A stretch of 60,387 nt of DNA, counting the filler, from Catajapyx aquilonaris (taxonomy: Eukaryota): assembly GCA_000934665.2 (NCBI GenBank). It is 2 parts of 2 records of this genome, joined end to end, with 100 filler letters (N's around TTAATTAATTAA, not from the genome) between each part and the next. Parts side by side here need not be neighbours in the genome. Positions count along the whole stretch, not along the records: positions 1 to 30,184 come from KZ539195.1; 1 more part is not named here. One strand, 5' to 3'. Made by a program: the position numbers and the translations under genes. The notes under the pieces are model-generated. The model did not search any database. It was not told where the DNA came from and saw only the letters and a list, made by a program, of their open reading frames with translations. Shown here in pieces: positions 1 through 11,960 of the stretch. Every line of letters starts with the position of its first letter. The stretch's first letter is position 1.

Positions 1-975
1 CTCACGAATGTAAAGTTAGGTTACTCCCGCCACGGCGGAATAACCTAACCTAACTTTACATTTGCGAGTGTTGCAGATGGAGTTCTGAGGTCGGGCTCAC
101 ATTCACTAGTATTTCAGATGGAGTTCTGGGGTCCTGCCGGCGGGAGTAATGTAACCTAACTGCCGGCGGGAGTAACCTAATGACTCATGAAAGAATGAGT
201 AATGAAAGGCTCATGAATGTAAAGTTAGGTTAGGTGACTCCCGCCGCGGCGGGAGTAACTTAACCTAACTTTACATTCACTATTATTTCAGATGGAGTTC
301 TCAGGTCCGGCCGACGGTAGTAACCTAATCTAACCTTTAATTCCCCGTAACGGACCTCGCTGTAGGGTCGTTAGGTTACTCCCGCCGGTTTCTAACCTAA
401 CTTTTCGTTCTCAGATGGAAATTATTCTGGCGTTGCAAACCTAACCTTTCCTGTGACTGACTCTCCAGATAGGTTTTCTCCGTTACACGCATGGTCCGTT
501 ATGGACAGGTTTACGTTTAACTGTTAATATGAAAGCCCGGGTAATGTAAAGTTTGGTAAGGTTACTCCCTCCGCGGCGGGAGTGAAAGTTAGGTTAGGTG
601 ACACCCGCCGCGCCGGCCGGACCCCAGAACTCCATCTGAAAGCCTCACGAATGTAAAGTTAGGTTACTCCCGCCACGGCGGAATAACCTAACCTAACTTT
701 ACATTTGCGAGTGTTGCAGATGGAGTTCTGAGGTCGGGCTGGCGGGACTAACCTAACCTAACCATTCCCGGGGCTTTCCTATTAACAGTTAAACATGTCT
801 ATAATACGGAGTCCTTCGGGTACTCCCGCCGCGGCGGTACAACTTAACCTAACCGTTCTCCTATGGAATTTCTGGCGTGGCAAACCTAACCTTTCCTGCG
901 ACTGACTCTACGGGTAGGTTACGTTAGATTACTCCCGTCGCGGCGGGTGGGTTTGCCGCCGCGGCGGGAGTAACA
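1..975. repeat. Palindromic TTAGG-containing satellite/foldback-like repeat, block 1
   Basis: Recurrent core GGTTACTCCCGCCGCGGCGGGAGTAACC (28-bp palindrome) flanked by TTAGG/CCTAA units. 214-279 is a 66-bp palindrome with 2 mismatches. 1-97 is repeated at 644-740. Confidence 0.85.
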
Positions 976-1012
976 CTATTCGTATATTCGTTTATGGTTT
1001 TTTTTTTGGCTC

Positions 1013-1135
1013 TAAAACGTGCAGTGCACCATGCTCCTTCAGGCCATATATGATTTATTTGGTCTCCGACATTGATAAGTGCGTAGCGAATGTTTTAGTG
1101 AGTGCCTGAAGGAGCATGGTGTACTGCACGTTTTA
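1013..1135. repeat. Inverted repeat (32-bp arms, 59-nt spacer), MITE-like hairpin
   Basis: TAAAACGTGCAGTGCACCATGCTCCTTCAGGC (1013-1044) pairs with 1104-1135 with 1 mismatch, flanked by a T-run and an A-run. Confidence 0.8.
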
Positions 1136-2454
1136 AGGCAAAAAAAATAAAATAAAATAATAAAAAAAGATCGATCCAGCCCTACAACCCGAAATTTTGG
1201 GTCGAAAATTGCAAATTCGAGAAAAACCCGGATTTGAGGAATTTATTTCCGTGTGAAGGACTTGGACTATCGCATTCCTATTTTGTTACTTAGCAAGATG
1301 ACCAAATTTCGTCCAGTTCCGACTCACCAGTAGTGATAGGCTATCACTACTGGGTCATTCCACCTCAATTAAGGGAACGTGGTGGCTCGACCAACTCCGA
1401 TTTTCTTGAAAGTTTTTATGCGGGTAAACGTGGGGGAGACACGTCAAAATCCGAAGTTTCAGCTCCGCAGGACAATATGGAGCCGCGATATGGCCGATTC
1501 AAAAATGGCGATTTTTGAGTTGCAGAGAGCAGAGTACTGAAACACTGATAGGTCTACTGATGTGGGACCCAGAACATAGTGTAACTTCAACTGATGTACA
1601 CCCCAAGTCCTTACATGAATCATTCTGGTAAATGGAATCTTCCGATGCCAGGAGGGGATATGTAAAAGGATCAGTCGTCTCCACCAGCGCACTCGTACAA
1701 AGAAGGAAGTACTGGTAATGATTCAATCTGCCTTGAAAGCAAGATTCCCACTACTGCTTAATGTGCGAGTATGCAGGACAATGTTCCTTTCCATGTTTGC
1801 AAAATTTTGGCTGAGACTCGTTCCAACAATTGGTGAGGTATGATGATTTCCATTCCATCCTGTTCCCACTATAAATTCTGATTCTACAAGTGACACAAAT
1901 GATGCAGTTCCTTTCACAAAATTACATTGTTGCACAGTGAAGTCGGTTGTAAACTTGTAAGCAGAAAATTCATTACTGAACAACATGACATGTTTTAATG
2001 TTACGTACAGTACCATGTGCCCAACAGATACATGCCAAAACTGCTATGCATTATTGCTACCCTTTTGTAATTTTGTGCCATGTCCACAATTTGTACAGTT
2101 TTTTATTGCATTTAATAATAGTTTATATTAAGAGTGAAAATTAGGAAAGTCATAATGTACTAGGTAACCTTAAAATTAAACGGATATTTAGGCCGAGTCC
2201 TGAAAAGTTGAATCACCACATAGCAGGTTATTCCTTTACACTTTACAGTGACGATATACTGGTACTGTTAAAGCTTAAAGAAGTAGTAAAACTAAACATT
2301 TTGATTGACTTAATTTTTTTATTTTATGCAGTGCATTCTTGCACTCATATACAAAAATTTTCAGACACATCGTAGAGCAATTAAAAGTACGGCAATTAAA
2401 TTACTAGCTATCACGTACGTGACAAATTTTGGAAGTGCAATGTATGGGTCCAGT

Positions 2455-4562
2455 ACTCCATCTGAAAGACTCGTGAATGTACGAGTAATGTTAGGTTAGG
2501 TTAATCAGCCGCGGCGGGAGTAACCAACGGTCTCCGTTATACGCGTTGTCCGTTATGGACCGGTTTAACTGTTAATATGAAAGCCCTTGGAATGTAAAGT
2601 TAGGTTACATTACTCGTTTACTCCTGCCGGCAGGACCCCAGAACACCACTTATGCTCGCGAATGTAACGTTAGGTTACCCCCGCCGCGGCGGGAATGACC
2701 TAACTTTACATTCGCGAGGCTGAAAGATGGAGTTCTGGGGTCCTGCCGGCGGGAGTAACCGAATGACTCATGAAAGAAAGGCTCATGAATGTAAAGTTAG
2801 GATAGGTTACTCCCGCCGCGGCGGGAGTACCTTAACCTAACTTTACATTCGTGAGTATTTCAGATGTAGTTTTGAGGACCGACCGGCGGGAGTAACCTAA
2901 CCTAACCTTTCTTTCCCCGGGCTTTCATATATAATATTAATTTGGCATAATCTGTTCATACCGGACCTCGCTAGGGTCGTTAGGTTACTCCCGCCGCCTA
3001 CTCCCGCCGGTTTGTAAGATAACTTTTCGTTCTCGGATGGAATTTCTGGCGTGGCAAACCTAACCTTTCCCGCGGCTGACTCTCCAGATTAGTTACGTTA
3101 GGTTACTCCCGCCGCGGCGCGAGTAACCAATGGTCTCCGTTATGGACAGGTTTTACTGCCCGGGAAATGAAAGGTTAGGTTAGGTTACTCTCGCCGCACA
3201 GTGGGCCGGGAAGCCCATCATTGAGGCTGTTAGAGTTCGTATAACGTTGATTTTCTTGTAATTTGCTTAAATTTTTAATTCAGATGTGCAAATTGATAAA
3301 TGATGGTTGCAATAAGCATATTGATACACTTCATGTAGCCTAAATACAACAAAATTAAATCATTCGTGCATTCAGTGGTCAGGTCTTCCAACCTTTATAC
3401 ACGCTAGGATAACATCATACATCAAATTACTTGTTTTGCAATGCCATGAACGGAAAACACTATTCCTCGTGCATTTACATTATTTTCACGCATTTCCGAT
3501 GAACTTCATAAAATGATAACCGGGCCGCCTAAATACACTTTACGGCCCACTGTGCGCCAGTCGGACCTCGGAACTACGTCTGAAAGACTCGCGAATGTAA
3601 AGTTAGGTTTGGTTACTCCCGCCGCGGCCAACACCCCTCGGCGGGAGTAACATAAAGTAACCTATCTGGATAGTCAGTCGCAGGAAAGGTTAGGTTTCCC
3701 ACGCCAGATATTCCATCAGAGAACGAAAAGTTAGGTTAGGGTAGAAACCGGCGGGAGTAACTTAACGTGGCAGGCACCCGGCGGACCCGGCTAACCGGTG
3801 GCACTGACCAACCGGTGGGGAAGTAACCTATTTCGTAAAGCAAAGCTTTGCGGGTCTTGCGAAGAGCCAGACTGGCTGGGTCAGCCCAGAATTCCAAATT
3901 AGATAGTCAGCATTTCTGTATTAACAGTATACGAGTCACTTCGTCTAATTACAGGCTTCGTGTACAATGGGGAAAATTTAAATTATCTATCTGCGGTAAT
4001 TTTTTCTTCTTTTGATTAAACCTAGCAGCATACCCTCCATACAATAGTACATTGCTATGTCTACAGGACCTTTTTCCTATCCGGCAACACCTGTGAAGTC
4101 ATTAACAGTTTAACCTGTCCATAACGTACCACGTGTATAAGACTACAACGGAGACCTTAGGTTTCTCCCGCCGCGGCGGAATAACCTAACCTAACTTTAC
4201 ATTCGCGAACCTTTCAGTTGTAGAACTGAGGTTATTCCTCCGCGGCGGGAGTAACCAACCGAACATTACATTCGCGGCTGGAACTCAGAACTCCATCTGA
4301 AAGACTCGTGAATTTAATGTTAGGTTAGGTTATTCTGCAGCGGCGGGAGTAACATAAAGTCTCCGTTATACGCGGGGTCAGTTATGGACAGGGTTAACTG
4401 TTAATATGAAAGCCCGGGAAATGAAAGGTTAGGTTAGGTTACTCCCGCCGCGCCGGCCCGATATCAGAACTCCATCTGAAAGACTAGCTATTGAAATGTT
4501 AGGTTAGGTTACTCCCGCCTAACCTAACTTTACATTCGCTAGTCTTTCAGAATAATGTTAGG
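2455..4562. repeat. Palindromic TTAGG-containing satellite, block 2 (interrupted by insertions)
   Basis: Same motifs as 1-975 (ttactcccgccgcggcgggagtaac, aacctaacctaactttacattc, agaactccatctgaaagac) in both orientations at 2455-3196, 3555-3770 and 4100-4562. Confidence 0.85.
3197..3554. mobile_element. Transib-like non-autonomous element (MITE)
   Basis: Perfect 12-bp TIRs CACAGTGGGCCG...CGGCCCACTGTG that begin with the CACAGTG heptamer. Flanks CGCCG/CGCCA are a 4/5 match to a 5-bp TSD. It interrupts a satellite unit. Confidence 0.65.
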
Positions 4563-4667
4563 TACAATAATTATTCTTGTACAATGAGGGAAATTTAAAT
4601 TATCTGTCTACGGTAATTTTTATTATTTTGATTAAACCTAGCGGCACACCCCGGGCACACCCTCCAT
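3961..4667 (+). repeat. Direct repeat pair (~80-90 bp): 3961-4040 and 4578-4667
   Basis: tgtacaatg.ggaaa.tttaaattatct.tct.cggtaattttt...tttgattaaacctagc.gca.accc occurs twice. Confidence 0.7.
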
Positions 4668-5144
4668 GGTCTGACGCAGCAATTTCATTACACATCAGTT
4701 TTTTACATCCGAGATTTTAGCAAATAATTATTTGTTCGAATATAAATCTTTACAAGTAATTTATACTGATCTACAGGATTTTCTCAACAACAAGGAGATT
4801 ATTGCAATTGCATTGAAAACATGCATAACACATAGGCACACATATATCAGTAATTATTTTACTTCACCAAAATGAAAGAGTCGCACCTCCAGATGTATTT
4901 ATAAGTAATGACATAGCAAAACCAACACGCGTGAAGGCTAAGCAAAAGGTGGTATCGAGCGATCGAGAAAGAAACGTGGAAAATCCAGATTCTATATCGA
5001 GAGGCATATTGTGGTGCAGAGTTGCTTGCATGGTAGACTGTCATTTCTCAATCTCCAAAATCTTCCTTCTAGATCACAGGATTTTAAAGCGCACCCTGGC
5101 GCACCCAACTATAAGCATAAGTATTAAGAGGCGACCAAAACATA

Positions 5145-7033
5145 ATGCAGATCATTCTCACTTGCTGCATATGTGCCACTTTGTTTGCACTGGTGTCATG
5201 TCGCATGCACATTCATACGAAAGACTGTGAGGGAGGAACTGAACAAGCGCAGTTCATGTGGAACCTTCTGAAGAAGGATGAACTAGTGGAGTGTCCTCTG
5301 GTTGTGCATCATGATGTTGCAGGGTCGATGCCAGAACATGTCACGACTCTGTTGACAAACATGTCTCTTCTTGGACGACCTGTGCTTGTCTCCAAGTCGA
5401 GCTCGGCCAGCAGCACTTGGACCTGCGATACTGTGGAAACAACTTCACGAACTGGTGTAGAACTGGAACCAAAGGAGAAGATGGCCAAGTGTGCAGTGCA
5501 TCTGGTCGTGGCATGTTCGTCCAACTATGAAGATTTTGTGGAGGAGATCATGGACGAACAAGAGGCCATTATGGTGGTGAAAAGCAAGACGGACAAATTT
5601 GTGTTGTGGATGAGGGAGGACATGGACATCAACGTCCTTCTGGAGAAGCCACTATCGAAAATCAAATACAAGGTGATGATCAATTCGTCTCAAAACAAAT
5701 CACTGCTGGCCCATTCCGTGTGCTACTTTTGCAACGAAGGGAACCCAACTGTAGAGTCCATAATGGTACCGTACGATGAACCTGTCGATGGCCAAATATT
5801 TATAGACACTGCCAATAACTTGCACGGGAAATTTCTGAGATCCATATCCTCAGTTGAGCAGAGTCACTTGGAGTGCAATGTAACGTCTGTGAATATTCAG
5901 CTGTGTTTCTTGTCCACTGCACTAAACTTCACGTGGAACATATCTATGGTCGATGTAAACTCATTGATGAGCAACTTTTCTGCAATAGCAGAAGTTCTTG
6001 ATGATATTATACAAGGGAGATTAAATTTCTTTACAGATTGTGCAGTAATTGATGCTTATTATGCAATGGGTGATTTAATAGCCCCATATTTGAGTACCAA
6101 ATTGACATTCCTTGCTCGAACTCCACTCGAGAAGAGGACTGTATTTATGGTGATTTTGCCCTTCACACTCGGCACGTGGTGTTTGGTAGCTTGTTTATTG
6201 TTCGTTTCATGTGTCACTTTAGTCTTGCTTTCTAATTCTCATTATCAAACGCGATTCCAGAATAAGGCCAGTTACATTGGATCATTTAATACGTACATGC
6301 ATTACCTTGTGAAAGTAACTTTACAACAGGGCGCATCATTTCCTGGACGAGACGCATTGAAGGCTTTTGCAATATTCTGGGTTTATTTTTCCATCGTTAT
6401 TGCCACAGCCTACATTTCCAAACTGTACAATCTTCTGATTTTCCCCCCTAGAGAGGATGTCCCCGACACTTTTGAGAAATTGCATCTTTCTCATTTCCGT
6501 ACAAAAATGCCAAAGGCCGATTACGACGCATTCCAGGGAAGTATTGAACTGGATGAGAATGATCCCTACAAAATAATGTGTGACAAAACAGAACCTGTAA
6601 CAGTGTAACAGATAGGGATATGTGCTGCCAGAACATAGTCACTGAAGACAGTGTCTGTATTGGGGACAGCTTGTCGTTGAAGGAATCATTGAATAGCTTA
6701 GACGTGTATGGCCAAGACCTCGCTTTCATTTCCCACGACTACGTAGCCGTTGTATATCACACATATTTCCTTCCAAAAGGAATGGTTTATTCGGAGAACT
6801 GGAACTACTGGTCGCATATCTTCTACAGCATCGGATTGAAGGAGAAAAAAGAGAGACTTCTGGAACACAGGAGATTTCTGGATACTGCCAAAGCCAGAAG
6901 AAGGGACCAAATTGCAGAAAGTGACGACGGAATGGTTATATTTTCACTACAGAAGTTACAGAGTATTTTTTATATCCTGTTCATTGGGTTGTGTGTTGCG
7001 TTTGCAGTATTTTTTAGGGAAATAATCAAATAA
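5145..7033 (+). pseudogene. Divergent ionotropic receptor (IR), full length but frameshifted
   Basis: ORFs 5145-6608 and 6620-7033 align end to end with the intact 627-aa paralogue. The only visible lesion is the tandem duplication TGTAACAG at 6596-6611. Removing 8 bp gives a 626-aa ORF with signal peptide, M1 (LPFTLGTW), QQG loop, M3 (TAYISKLYNLL) and M4. Confidence 0.85.
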
Positions 7034-7859
7034 TTGCAATTTTAGTTCACTTTTCAAATATAATAATATATATTGTGGCACAGCCCTGAATTTTACAAAG
7101 CTGGTAAAATGGTATAAGTCTGTGTTTATTGTATTGTGTTTTGTGTATTAATGTAGTTTGAATGCAATAAAACGAAACCCAACGAGATAAGACATACCAA
7201 ATTAATATTATTTTTTTGGAAAACTGAAGTGTAGCATACTTTTCCATAAATGATCAAACTCTTATTAAGATTATTATGAAAATGAATACTTCATACACTG
7301 CCCGTGCCATCTGACCTTTATGCTTTATTTATGACATCGTTGTGCGATCGAATCAAGATCAGATCATTCAATCGTGACAATTTCCAGGTGTGACAATCTG
7401 CTCCAGTCAAGGTGTCTATACACTTTGGCTCCAGTGCATCCCCGCAGGTTGTAATCATGGGCATTTCTCGGAATTTCTGTATTGACCGTCTTATGTGTAA
7501 CGATGCTATGGCAATGGTAGTACAATCGAATAATCGAAAATTGTATGGACGATAGTCCCTATAAGCTGCTATAAGTAAGAGCCTCTTGTTGATTTTGAAC
7601 TCTTCATTGTTGGGGATCTTGGGACGTATTTTTTGCGAGGCATATCTCAAATATCGTTGCTGGTAGAAGTGTAGAATTTTCAACACGTGTCCGGGCTCTC
7701 GTGAGACAGCGCCCATGCGAGATGTGCATAAATGGATGGTTGAGGCGGTTGAGATGAGCATATATAATGATTAAATTTGTTACATAATATATATGCGATG
7801 CAGCGACATTTGCATACACCAATTATTTATTTTATTTCGTATAATGCGTAAGTGAGACC

Positions 7860-8001
7860 CAAGGGGGTAATCACTTCGGTACTCCGGTACACCTGGGAGT
7901 GGTACTCCCTGGTACTTCTCAGGCACCTCACTCTCCTTGAATGGTACTCCTTGAATTTGGTACTCCAGTGTACACTTTTCAGTCGAGTGATTACCCCCTT
8001 G
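7860..8001. mobile_element. hAT-type MITE (142 bp)
   Basis: Perfect 16-bp TIRs CAAGGGGGTAATCACT, perfect 8-bp TSD GTGAGACC (7852-7859 and 8002-8009), and repeated internal GGTACTCC motifs. Confidence 0.85.
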
Positions 8002-9391
8002 GTGAGACCTCTGGGTTACATTTACCCTTATGAGTTATGGTGTCGCTCTTACGCGGCCCCGTCTTGTTTAAGTAATTTCTATCCGTCACCTAGCTCCTAC
8101 TTTCTTTTTTTAAAATTCCGTAGGAAGTGTTTTGGCGTGCTTGAATATATACTGAATATGATATTTTTGGCTTCCTGCTAATAGGGGAAATAGGGGGAAA
8201 ACACAATCTAAACTTCATGAACTAACCGCGTAACATCGCCAGAAGCTTGGTAAGCATATCTGAACGTATCTGAATGAGTACCTGAGATGTCAAAATGTAT
8301 CATGTATGACATCTATTTAAAAGGTACGTAGTCATATTAGGCATTTATCCCATTACTGCGAGATCTAAATTAATAGATTCTATACAACTAATTTAAAATC
8401 CGGGGCACTGCCGGATAAAGTATTCTGAACATGTATTTCGTATTGACATTATATGTGTGGCACCGTGTGGCACACATAATAATCAGGCAATTTGTCAGGT
8501 TCATTCATTTCACGGCAGATGAGGTACGCCTACAGAATTGTAAGCAAAAATATATATTTCTCTAGTAGATTGCATCACATATGCCTTTTACATCGTATAG
8601 GGCTCGACAACTATTTAAATATGGAGTTATATATGAATATCATCTGATTATGAATTCCACATGGAGCCATTTGTCCCATTACAAATAATTATGTCTCCTT
8701 CAAGGTTGAGCCTCCTTTTTGAGATGCAATATTATACAAAAATCCGAAACACTTAAATAGACAGGGTTTTACCTAAGATGCGTAGATCATTCATAAAGTG
8801 GGATTATACCGGATTATATATTGTTAAAACATTTTTTAAATTAAATTGTATTATGTAATCAATCAATATATCAGATTCTTTCCTTTCCCAGCAGATGAGG
8901 TATGCCTACAGAAACGTAAACGAAAATACACCTTTCTCTAGTATTTATCTCTAGCATTTACCGAGTTATACAATGAAATACTTGCGTAATAGCCCATGTA
9001 AATATGAAATAGGAGAAGTTTGTCTTCAAAACTTATTTATGTAATGTTTTCAAAGCACTTAATTACTGTAACCAAACTGTACACGTATATTAGAGTGAGA
9101 TATTTTGCTCCCGATAATTTTGGCACAATATTACTTATTTGAACACAACAAATAGTATGTGCCTTGCCACGTATTATATGTACGGATATGTAGCTCCATC
9201 TTTATTCACGACATTCCTGGACAAGATTACGACGGGTCAAAATAACTATTTAACACGTTTTCTCTAAACGTACAGAGCGCTAACGAATCTGGAGGAATTA
9301 TTTCGGCAATTTGGAATGGAATGTTTCACAGAGTGGTGTACTCACCTATGGTGTCGCAATCGTATTTCTGACTTCTTTCAATAGAGTGCGG

Positions 9392-9596
9392 GACTGTCGT
9401 ACAGGTGGCGCCTGGAGCCATGGCGGCAAAAGAGTGAATATGCATCCGCATGACCCCCTTCACTTGATTTATGATGATGTAAATCGAAACTTGCCTCTTG
9501 GGAGTGAGGAGTGAAGGTGGTCAAGCGAAGGCAAATAATATCATCTATTCGCTATTTGCTGCCAACGGCGACAGGCGCCACCTGTAGGACACTGTA
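9392..9596. mobile_element. Small degenerate MITE with TIRs
   Basis: tgtcgtacaggtggcgcctg...ggcggcaaa at the left end is the inverse of tttgctgcc...caggcgccacctgtaggaca at the right end. Confidence 0.55.
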
Positions 9597-11960
9597 CAAG
9601 ACGATACTTGGGCTCACAAGAAGTTTGACGTTTCATTATCTAGCATTAATTAAATGCCTTTCATCTGTATATCCTACCTGTCACTTCACCTAAACTCCTG
9701 TAATTTGTTAATTTTCATGAGATTTACGATAAGAACTTTTTTTCAAATAGCCTTCAGGCCATGAAACATCCACAAATCACTTCAACTACCTTAAGTAGAC
9801 ATTAAAATTACAATGTTGAAAACTGGATTGAATGTTCCAAGCGCTGTAAGGTTACAATGTGTGTAGGCTAGTGTATTCCTGCTGATACAAAAGCTCGGCT
9901 CCGATGTGTAATATGGCGTACTAATTGTTCTTTTGAACTATTTTATTAGCTTACATAAATTTTAAATATTTACATTGCAAGCATCAGCTCTCAGGCTTAA
10001 TCTCCCAGCCTGAAAGTAGCTGAGGTGGGGTTGGGGTATGCTGTACTAACTACGAGCCAAACACCATAGCACAATTTCAGCGATGATGAGCCCCCTGCAA
10101 TCACCAGAGCAAAGTGACATTTTATCCACCTCGAGGCTCCCTGTCTAATCACAATACCGTGGGTCGGATAAAACCTTCACATTCGATGTTGGGAAACAAG
10201 CTCCAGCAATATTTGCGCAATTTTGTGCATTTTGCCTCTACTCTCTGAGAAACTTTGTCTCTACTCTCTCAGCCATTTTGCCTCTACCGGCTCTTCCTCT
10301 GGGTGGATGAGAGAGTAGAAGCCTCTGTCTATACTATTCTCCAATTGATATATCGAAATATTAAGGGTCTGGTACGCCACGTGATGGCTACAATAATAAA
10401 TGACTGCAAATGTCAATCATTGTTTTGTGAATGCCGTGCTTCTTGCCATGGCATCGTCACATACTATGAACCTGTCAATCAAGAAAAGCCCATGAGTAGG
10501 TTCATAGAGCATGAGCGACGAGCAAAATGTCACACCTCGGAGCATGCGACGATGAAAACATTTGGAAAACTGATGTGTAATGAAATTGGCATAACCTTTT
10601 CCATTAATGAGCAAACTCTCATTAAGATTTTTATGAAAATTGATACGTCATACACTGCCCGTGCCATCTGACCTTTATGCTTTATTTATGAAATCGTAGT
10701 GCGATCGAATCAAGGACAGATCTTTCAATCGTAACAAGCTCTGAGGTGTGACATTCTGCTCCAGTGCATTTCTGCTGGTTGTAATCATGGGCATTTCTCG
10801 ACATTTCTAGTTTGACCGTCTTATGTGTATGAGACGATGCTATGGCAACGGTGGTACAATCGAATAATCGAAAATTTTCAGGGTGGTAGCCCTTAAGTAA
10901 GACCGTAGCATAGCGTTTCGGCAATGAATTTTTCCTACTACTTGTTCTTGTTACGTTTTTTTTATTCGCCCTAACTCAAGTTCTCGGACAACTGTCAATT
11001 TTGGCAACCGTATCACTAGTTTTAATGAACGAAGGTGAAGCAAATCTGAAACTCATTTCTGTCTTATGTGGTTGGTTCATGACTTGTGAAAATCAGGTTG
11101 TAGCAGAATGAGGAAAGTTTTCACCTGACCACTTGTATACTTGTACACGTTTTGTTTGTTGTTTGTTGCATTTGTGATTAGTGATTACAAAAGTGTTTAC
11201 CTGGAACAAATATTAATAACAAAGCGCGCTTTTGGGGATATGATTATACTATGTCCTTGAATCCGTGCACGAAGTTCCCCAAGTTTCCGGTGACCGGTTT
11301 GGATGCCATATTGTAAAATGTAGCCGCCATTTTGGGTCCACTTTAAACCCGTGTTGCGGACGAACGAGTGAATGTATAGCGATGGTTATTTTTGCAAATT
11401 GTTCTTAATGATCCCCCCTCCATTAGATGTCTTCATATTTTCTCCTATTTGCTGTTCTGCATTATGGCTCGTGCTGACCATGTAAGGAGGGAAGTCAAAT
11501 GTTAAATCCAAAATTCGTTCCATGATCATATATTATCCATAATTGAGTACATTCTCCAATCAAGAGGGAGGTAAGGTAAGGATGGTTCAATTCGGCTGGG
11601 TCAAATGCGGGTAGAACTCTCCCACGAATGTTCTGGTATGGCTGCGACTGCTAGGAGGCTTCTGCACACACGGCTATCCAGCTCTGGTCTGCTTGGCTGG
11701 AGTGGCGTGGTTGGCAACCACCCAGCTTGGAGCCCAAACTCTCTCGGGTCCCGTCCACCGGTCGACACTGCCCTATATAGTCTTGCGCAATGCCCGATGG
11801 GAAAGTGACGTTGCCTGGGAAGGAGGGAAGGGGGTGCGTGTGTGGTGGCGGCTTCCCAGGATACATCCAGTGAGGCCCGTTAGGCCCTCACAGACCATGT
11901 AAATATTTTCAGACGAAAGTTGAGATGATTAGACACAATTAATATTGCATTTATAGCCAA

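Larger units (their letters stand above)
7240..10885 (+). repeat. Local duplicated flank (~300 bp): 7240-7545 and 10597-10885
   Basis: Shared tttccat.aatga.caaactct...tcatacactgcccgtgccatctgacctttatgctttatttatga...gtacaatcgaataatcgaaaatt. Related segments occur near 20400, 24120 and 26950. Confidence 0.75.

Noticed and set aside
1499..2016. Short minus-strand ORFs, some Cys-rich
   Set aside because: No recognisable motif, interrupted by stops, and no convincing splice structure.
1..4562. CRISPR array or true telomere
   Set aside because: Eukaryotic context, no unique spacers of constant length, no cas genes, and TTAGG runs only 2-3 units long in both orientations.
6596..6620. Intron or programmed frameshift joining the two IR ORFs
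   Set aside because: The excess is only 8 bp and is an exact tandem duplication, too short for an intron, and there is no slippery site.
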